Source: a virus (lineage: Duplodnaviria; Caudoviricetes). From it: a DNA stretch of 61,089 bases. Made by a program: the position numbers and the translations under genes. Each line of letters begins with the position of its first letter. Within the stretch, counting starts at the first letter, position 1. The stretch lies in IMG/VR virus record IMGVR_UViG_3300025108_000045, positions 1-61,089 of that record. The stretch is one strand, 5' to 3'. Below, piece after piece: positions 56,801-61,089 of this stretch. The notes under the pieces were generated by a model. That model did not search any database. It was not told where the DNA came from and saw only the letters and a program-made list of their open reading frames with translations.

Positions 56801-59800
56801 AGTCGATTGTTTTGCTGGTGGGTCAATCCTGTTCCAACGCTTTGTCCGATAGCGCCCGTCATGTATTCATCGGGACGATACATGAAACTTCGATGTTCGT
56901 CTCCGTAGCCGTCAGCCAAGAATACATCGGGAATAGGAAGGCCGTCTTTGGATGTGTAAAGTTGCGTCGTTAGCGCACTGAGTTTATTCCTCAAGTGTTG
57001 GTCATCTTTCTTACCAAGAAGCGGCGCTAAGAGGTGACCGATTTTGAGGAACGCGCCGAAGGCTTGTTCTGTACGATGATTGTCGTAATCCACATCTTTC
57101 GCTAAGCGATTAGCAGTCTTATCATGCGAACCCGCCCTGCTTTTGATAGTTTTGAGGAATTCCGGTAAATTCTCAATCTCACCATTGAGCGCCTTTTTCT
57201 CAGCCGCGCTTCTCATTTCAAACGATATTAGTTTGTTGCTATGGTTGGGTTCGGTGATTTGCATTCCACTGTCTTCATGGAAATCATCATCATTGGCTAC
57301 TGGAACATCTTGTGTGAGTGGAACCTCAAGTTTCAGTGCGTAATTTTGGTCATCGTATTTTGGTGGTCTAATATCAACAACAGCATTCTCTTGCCCACCA
57401 ATGTTGATTTTCATGCCGTTTGAAACAACGCCATGTAAGTGGAAATCTTTCGCGCTCACCTCAACATAATCTCGACCAGCCACACCGCGATTAGCAAGCC
57501 GCATCTTCTTTTCTTTAATTTGGTTCATGCTTGCAAGAATATCTTGCTTAGCAAGTTCGCGCATTTCTTTCAAGCGCGCTTTCAATTTCGCATGCCCTTC
57601 GGGGTTTGACTTTTTACTCAAGTCACCGTTCTCCATACGCTGGCCGTATTCTTCTTTGAAACTCTTTTGATAATCTTCCCATTCGTCAATTGATGGTTGA
57701 ATGTGTTGCAAAAAGGAATTGTAGCGTCGCGCTTTGCTTTCGGCCCTTTTCGCGGCGTTTGCTTCTCCGAACATAGAGGCAATGAACTTTCGTCGCTCTT
57801 TTCTGCTCCTATCATTCCCTTTCCTATCCATCTTTGTCAGCGATTTGAGATTGATGCGCTTCCCTTCGGGCGTCGTCAACGCTCCACTCTTTATGTCTTG
57901 AAGAATATCAAAGGCTTCCACAACTCCACTAAATTGCGCGGCGGTCAAGTTTCTAATACGCGACTCTTCTCTTTGCGCGTCGTTTTGGAAAGCAGACGCG
58001 TGAATTAACCCCAATGCCTGTCTTTCATGAGGTGTTCTGCGTGCCGCCCCCCGCTTACCTCGCGGACGGTCGCGCATATCAAGACCAAACTCATGTCCGA
58101 TTGCTTCGGCTCGGTCATGATGCGGTGAAGAAGGATGAACGATGGCTTTCTCGATTTGCTTTTTCAAATACTTTTTCAGTTCGCCTCCGCGACGGTCAAT
58201 GCCCTTTGTGTCTATCACACCATCGTCGGTTTGAAGAGGTGACCCGTCTCGCTGAGTCAACCCATATCTGCGCAACATTTGTCCAATGTACTCATCATCA
58301 TCATCGGCGAAGATGTATTTCGCGATAGTAAGAAGAGAAATCTCATCATCATTACCCATCAGTGGAATGCTACGACTTCTTGAATCATCATCATCCCACC
58401 TGTAATCCAATTCGGGCATGTAAATTCGCGAAAGAGCATAAGGTGAAACACCACGGGGGCGGTATGGGTGGTGTCCTTGTGCCTCTTCCTTGGTTTCATT
58501 AGCGAAGTGCTTAATGTCACACGCTTTGCACGCCTCTTTCTCAATTTTGTTTTCCACACGCTCTTCCGGTGACATTTGATAGTGCTCTCGGAATTGCTGT
58601 TTTTGCTCCTTGACCTCTTGATGCCGAGCAAGACCCTTGGCGCGAGCATCATTCGAGCGCTTCCAAGCATACAGGGTTCTCAAAACGGCCCCCTTGGATA
58701 CATCGCCACCGAATTTACCAAGAAGTTTCATGAAACCGTTTCTGTATCCTTGTACGGAGAATCCGCTCTTCGCGTACTCCATTCCCATTTCGGCAATATC
58801 AATAGGGTCGATTCCTATTTCCGAAACAGTCTTGCGCAAATCAAGCAAGTCGTGGTTTAGTTTGTTCAAGTATCCGGGCTTCAAACCTGTTTCCAATACG
58901 CGTTCGTATCGCGATTTATCTTTATCATTGAATCGCCCCAACTCAGCGTAAGGGTCATCGGAATGAAGTATTGTGTGAAGATGGTCCATGTCATCTGCAT
59001 GAAGCGCAAGTTTCTCCACTTCGCCTCGGTCCATGCCGAGTTTTTCCAAATGGTTATTGAATTGCATCATGTGCCTACCCGAACCTACGAGCAAGTCCAT
59101 GAAAATTCGCGATTTCTCTTCAATTTCACCAGCCGACAAATCACGGTATGGGTGTCCTTCGGGGAAATCGGAGCCATCGGGTATTTCACTGAAATATGTA
59201 GGGTTGTATGCCCTTCCACTCACATCATTCAAAATTTGATTGTAGTGAACTTGATATTCATCATTCGTCATGTCGCCGAAGAGAACCATGTTCTCTAAGT
59301 CCTTGAGGCGATAATCCGATTTGATTTTCTGCTCTCCTTGACGGTCGCTTGAGATAAAACGACGCGCGCGTGCTTGGTCTTGAGGTGTGTCTAATTTAAT
59401 ATCACTGAGTTGAGTACCTACGGTTTTCTCACCGCCTTTCTCAGCAATCTGTGTACCGCTTGCTGTTAAGTCAGCCGTCTCCTGTCTGCTCACTCCTTCG
59501 GCTTCATTGATTGTTCGGAAGATACCAGTTTCACTCAACGCCCTTTGCAGTGCAGGATGCAATCCGGTCATATCTTCAACCTCTATATCACCATCCGCAA
59601 TCTCCAACCTCCTTTTCTTTGATGTTGGGTTGTTAGGGTCTTTTATGAAAGGCTCAGCGTATCTTTCGTCAGCGTTAGGTTGCGTTATGCTTCGACCGAC
59701 ATTCTTCGCGGCTCGATGGAAAGCGTGAGTAACGAAATCGGGTCCTTGTCCAGCAATCGCTTCGCGTCCAAATCTGCCACCACGCCCTGCGCTTCCAATT

Positions 59801-60762
59801 GCGCGCTCTTGTAAGAAAATTCTCATGAAGTTGTTCACATCTTCTTGCACCAGTGGTACTGCATCTTTCTCACTGACTCCTTCTTGTTGCGCTTTATTGG
59901 TTATCAAGTTGCGCCATTTTGCTACATCGGATGAAGCAACCTTTGACTCTTCCAAATCCATGGTTTTGAAATCAACTTGCGGCAAGACTTTTTCATAAAG
60001 TTTACGCGCGGCCTCCATTCTCCCTTCATCAGTGGTGTATCTTCCGTCAGCGGTCAATTCACTCAACGCTTTTCGCCCTTGAGCCGACGCCTCATCCATC
60101 TGTTGTTGAAAGTAATCGGGCATAGTGCCGCCACGCGACGGTACAACACGAACAGCACGCGGGGAGACTTGGATGTCTTCCATGTCTCTCAAAGTCGATG
60201 TGCTAATCGGGTGTTTACTCTTGTTTTTCAAGTGGTTCAGCACGCCCTTCTGTTGCTGTTCGCGCTTTCGTCCACTTGCATCAATGCCTTCGCGCATCCA
60301 TTTGCCTATTTGGTTCGGGACGCGATTCTTTTTCATGAAATCTTCAAGCGAACCATGGTCCTCTTCGTCCATTTGTTTGCGGAACCCTAATTCTTCACCG
60401 AAGTGCTTAATCATACCATCAAGAGCAGTCAGTACGGGCTGTGTGAGCATAGGGAGAGCCATGATGCTCGGTGTGGTGATGTTGCCCTCTTCGTCTTTGA
60501 TGGCCTTGTATCGCGCATCATCGTCCAAATCAAACAACTCAGCGAACATGTGATTATTCGCGTAAATTATGTCACTGTAAAGCGCGTCATAGTCAATCTC
60601 ATCATCCTTCATGGGCGGATTTTTCATGAGGTTCTGTAAGTAGGGCCTCAAAGCAACCTGCCCGTCGAAAATGGCACGCTCTTTTTCGTTCATTTGAGCG
60701 TAGTTTTTATTGGTTTTGCGAGGCGCTTCGTCAGCCTTAACGATGCGGATGAAGCGACCCAT
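53848..60762 (-). CDS. Giant charged helical protein (2304 aa) with DnaJ-type Zn-finger motifs; putative internal virion protein
   Basis: Likely start MGRFIRIVK 30 nt after a TATA-like box; CGLCGGSG...CPEC...CAHCHGSG at 56215-56502; Q/P-rich C-terminus. Confidence 0.7.
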   Translation of the reverse strand: MGRFIRIVKADEAPRKTNKNYAQMNEKERAIFDGQVALRPYLQNLMKNPPMKDDEIDYDALYSDIIYANNHMFAELFDLDDDARYKAIKDEEGNITTPSIMALPMLTQPVLTALDGMIKHFGEELGFRKQMDEEDHGSLEDFMKKNRVPNQIGKWMREGIDASGRKREQQQKGVLNHLKNKSKHPISTSTLRDMEDIQVSPRAVRVVPSRGGTMPDYFQQQMDEASAQGRKALSELTADGRYTTDEGRMEAARKLYEKVLPQVDFKTMDLEESKVASSDVAKWRNLITNKAQQEGVSEKDAVPLVQEDVNNFMRIFLQERAIGSAGRGGRFGREAIAGQGPDFVTHAFHRAAKNVGRSITQPNADERYAEPFIKDPNNPTSKKRRLEIADGDIEVEDMTGLHPALQRALSETGIFRTINEAEGVSRQETADLTASGTQIAEKGGEKTVGTQLSDIKLDTPQDQARARRFISSDRQGEQKIKSDYRLKDLENMVLFGDMTNDEYQVHYNQILNDVSGRAYNPTYFSEIPDGSDFPEGHPYRDLSAGEIEEKSRIFMDLLVGSGRHMMQFNNHLEKLGMDRGEVEKLALHADDMDHLHTILHSDDPYAELGRFNDKDKSRYERVLETGLKPGYLNKLNHDLLDLRKTVSEIGIDPIDIAEMGMEYAKSGFSVQGYRNGFMKLLGKFGGDVSKGAVLRTLYAWKRSNDARAKGLARHQEVKEQKQQFREHYQMSPEERVENKIEKEACKACDIKHFANETKEEAQGHHPYRPRGVSPYALSRIYMPELDYRWDDDDSRSRSIPLMGNDDEISLLTIAKYIFADDDDEYIGQMLRRYGLTQRDGSPLQTDDGVIDTKGIDRRGGELKKYLKKQIEKAIVHPSSPHHDRAEAIGHEFGLDMRDRPRGKRGAARRTPHERQALGLIHASAFQNDAQREESRIRNLTAAQFSGVVEAFDILQDIKSGALTTPEGKRINLKSLTKMDRKGNDRSRKERRKFIASMFGEANAAKRAESKARRYNSFLQHIQPSIDEWEDYQKSFKEEYGQRMENGDLSKKSNPEGHAKLKARLKEMRELAKQDILASMNQIKEKKMRLANRGVAGRDYVEVSAKDFHLHGVVSNGMKINIGGQENAVVDIRPPKYDDQNYALKLEVPLTQDVPVANDDDFHEDSGMQITEPNHSNKLISFEMRSAAEKKALNGEIENLPEFLKTIKSRAGSHDKTANRLAKDVDYDNHRTEQAFGAFLKIGHLLAPLLGKKDDQHLRNKLSALTTQLYTSKDGLPIPDVFLADGYGDEHRSFMYRPDEYMTGAIGQSVGTGLTHQQNNRLLYGLTDAETLQALSLKQHGRKLTKKQLTLANDAFHNEDNADWNKELIDDVLGTQEEEIPQEEIPPSGKMREHQVRELLQREAYDTEGKQENWVMNSATGCGLCGGSGKVTMDDAISFIQAHNPALAGANPNGPKMQDYIHKNLRATNHGDFDSHHSDMRGHEFPGVACPECDQEHPDAEGGRCSDGMCAHCHGSGYLDPDQVDEYFGGYVDEETGEVFHGHKHSPHYGEHYDENGLNAMIQQRLDEEGVGKTGRNNFTAKMHRDAVERGLALPLTKLKTIQALNKERYAKKAKIKMTEKDFNESGYYYSNAFSERSKAPEISDAKVNPIDDAMGVISESQEKLKGLRDAHHNNEILKRAEGMAAKAINNGASEEKVNNLLSVIQNHPNIAGSHGQRNHTVQTACAKLHNLMVKDYPKKYNEKGKANKKLFSLDDDKVQSESGMSHESLVYNHGRWLTDAENDEGIFAPNSKAEPHLSLKDLRDMFKHSKPMMDALNRYLHTSNFDEEKAEKTKEIVGQMKKPLVKQKLSEMSNPALSQLYDEFNAPDDVRDQENLEMEDGEIRWDQSLLDKLSAEGISYSSIKDYLSLEKEEGDSPRGGPRKGLDAGHKRAVNQIVKPMYVEFARLSMLKKFLESYDDISHPNFHKKVVDAMKANGNSADTRLSVENFFETVQMRGDLQTFAYNEAARMFGYDDEEDMERSIDLKNTKKDFGGGLTSGLDFKNDVLKNSKVSKSSAQKLPLEIDQLYQDSVAAQSSVTDESKARDEKIVAQMEEMALFRHYPNWMRMQAMTDLMGENGYGNASELRKDLENGEVSAELIEQIEGINAKATMFHPTITFGDYEDLETYDAVAYGEQQFGERLQGPATQRGTVPMSPSSRPIGQQATVGPQGEQMQTQPSGTAPQQGATGSTSDARTRLGSQAQQFAQRYPQAGEGPVQQPLPMTIRQPYDDKAAEPGQAGELPPFAFKPPQLPQNRFRQMPEDD

Positions 60763-60786
60763 GATGAAGCGCACGACGAGCCTACC

Positions 60787-60794
60787 CTTGAAGG
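60787..60794 (-). promoter_or_regulatory. Putative TATA-like box (CCTTCAAG)
   Basis: The TT lies 30 nt upstream of leaderless ATG 60762, matching the spacing of the other boxes. Confidence 0.4.
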
Positions 60795-60819
60795 TAGCGG
60801 TTGGTGGGAATTTTAGCAT

Positions 60820-61089
60820 ATTTTTTTTAGGAATGCGCGCAGTTAGTTTTTACACCCCCCACGAAAAAAATGTCTGTATTCCGCATGCGGTTAAGCAGGG
60901 CAAATTGCCCTGCGCGAGACGCGAGTCCGGCTAACGCGAGGGGGTATTTGCCCGCGAAGCGCGAGGGCCACGCAGTGACGCGCGCAGGTTGCATCAGCGC
61001 TAAGGCATTGCATCGCGATAAGCAACCACGCGATGCTCGCGCGGGTTGTCGTCCCGCGAAGCCCGATTCATCATCGCGCTCCTCCAACC
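60820..61089. other. Non-coding region with A/T tracts, palindromes and clustered CGCG
   Basis: T8 and A7 tracts; CCGCATGCGG (60881-60890); GCAGGGCAA-a-TTGCCCTGC (60895-60913); CCCGCGAAGC twice; about a dozen CGCG in about 170 bp. Confidence 0.65.

Larger units (their letters stand above)
1..61089 (-). mobile_element. Tailed dsDNA virus genome segment (morphogenesis and packaging modules), probably an archaeal siphovirus (magrovirus-like)
   Basis: Terminase, portal, prohead protease, HK97-type capsid, adaptor, tail tube, chaperones, tape measure and fibre genes are co-oriented in canonical order. No tail sheath seen. GAGGTGA SD sites and TATA-like boxes present; no host housekeeping genes. 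Confidence 0.9.

Noticed and set aside
554-60934. The many plus-strand and alternate-frame ORFs in the supplied track
   Set aside because: They are shadows of long, coupled minus-strand genes and lack SD sites and motifs. Only 50253-50591 has a convincing protein signature.
60827-61087. 86-aa ORF or tRNA in the right-end region
   Set aside because: No recognisable protein features or cloverleaf; palindromes and homopolymer tracts point to non-coding DNA.

Overview
About 61 kb of a head-tail (Caudoviricetes) virus genome. Almost every gene is on the minus strand and tightly coupled (TAATG/ATGA overlaps, GGAGGTGA Shine-Dalgarno sites, TATA-like boxes about 30 nt before leaderless starts). These signals and the halovirus-like structural proteins suggest an archaeal siphovirus, most plausibly a magrovirus of Marine Group II/Poseidoniales (inference). 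In transcription order (right to left): a 2304-aa putative internal protein; a six-gene operon with an Arf/Arl-like small GTPase and three membrane proteins; a probable small terminase; three putative internal proteins; large terminase; basic and Cys-rich microproteins; a LAGLIDADG-domain protein; portal; a 1946-aa protein ending in a catalytically degenerate ATP-dependent ligase domain; prohead protease-scaffold; HK97-type capsid protein; neck genes; tail tube; chaperones with a -1 frameshift; tape measure; distal tail; a 5093-aa LamG tail protein; baseplate hub; and a collagen-like fibre cut by the window edge. Most novel signals: (1) the virus-encoded Arf-like GTPase/membrane operon; (2) a recurring MNPxxxAWxxLK leader and related hydrophobic-x-K motifs that look like a capsid-targeting and protease-processing code; (3) the pseudo-ligase; (4) apparent avoidance of GATC, AGCT, CTAG and YCWGR. 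No tRNA, rRNA or CRISPR array was seen. All product calls come from manual motif recognition, not database searches.
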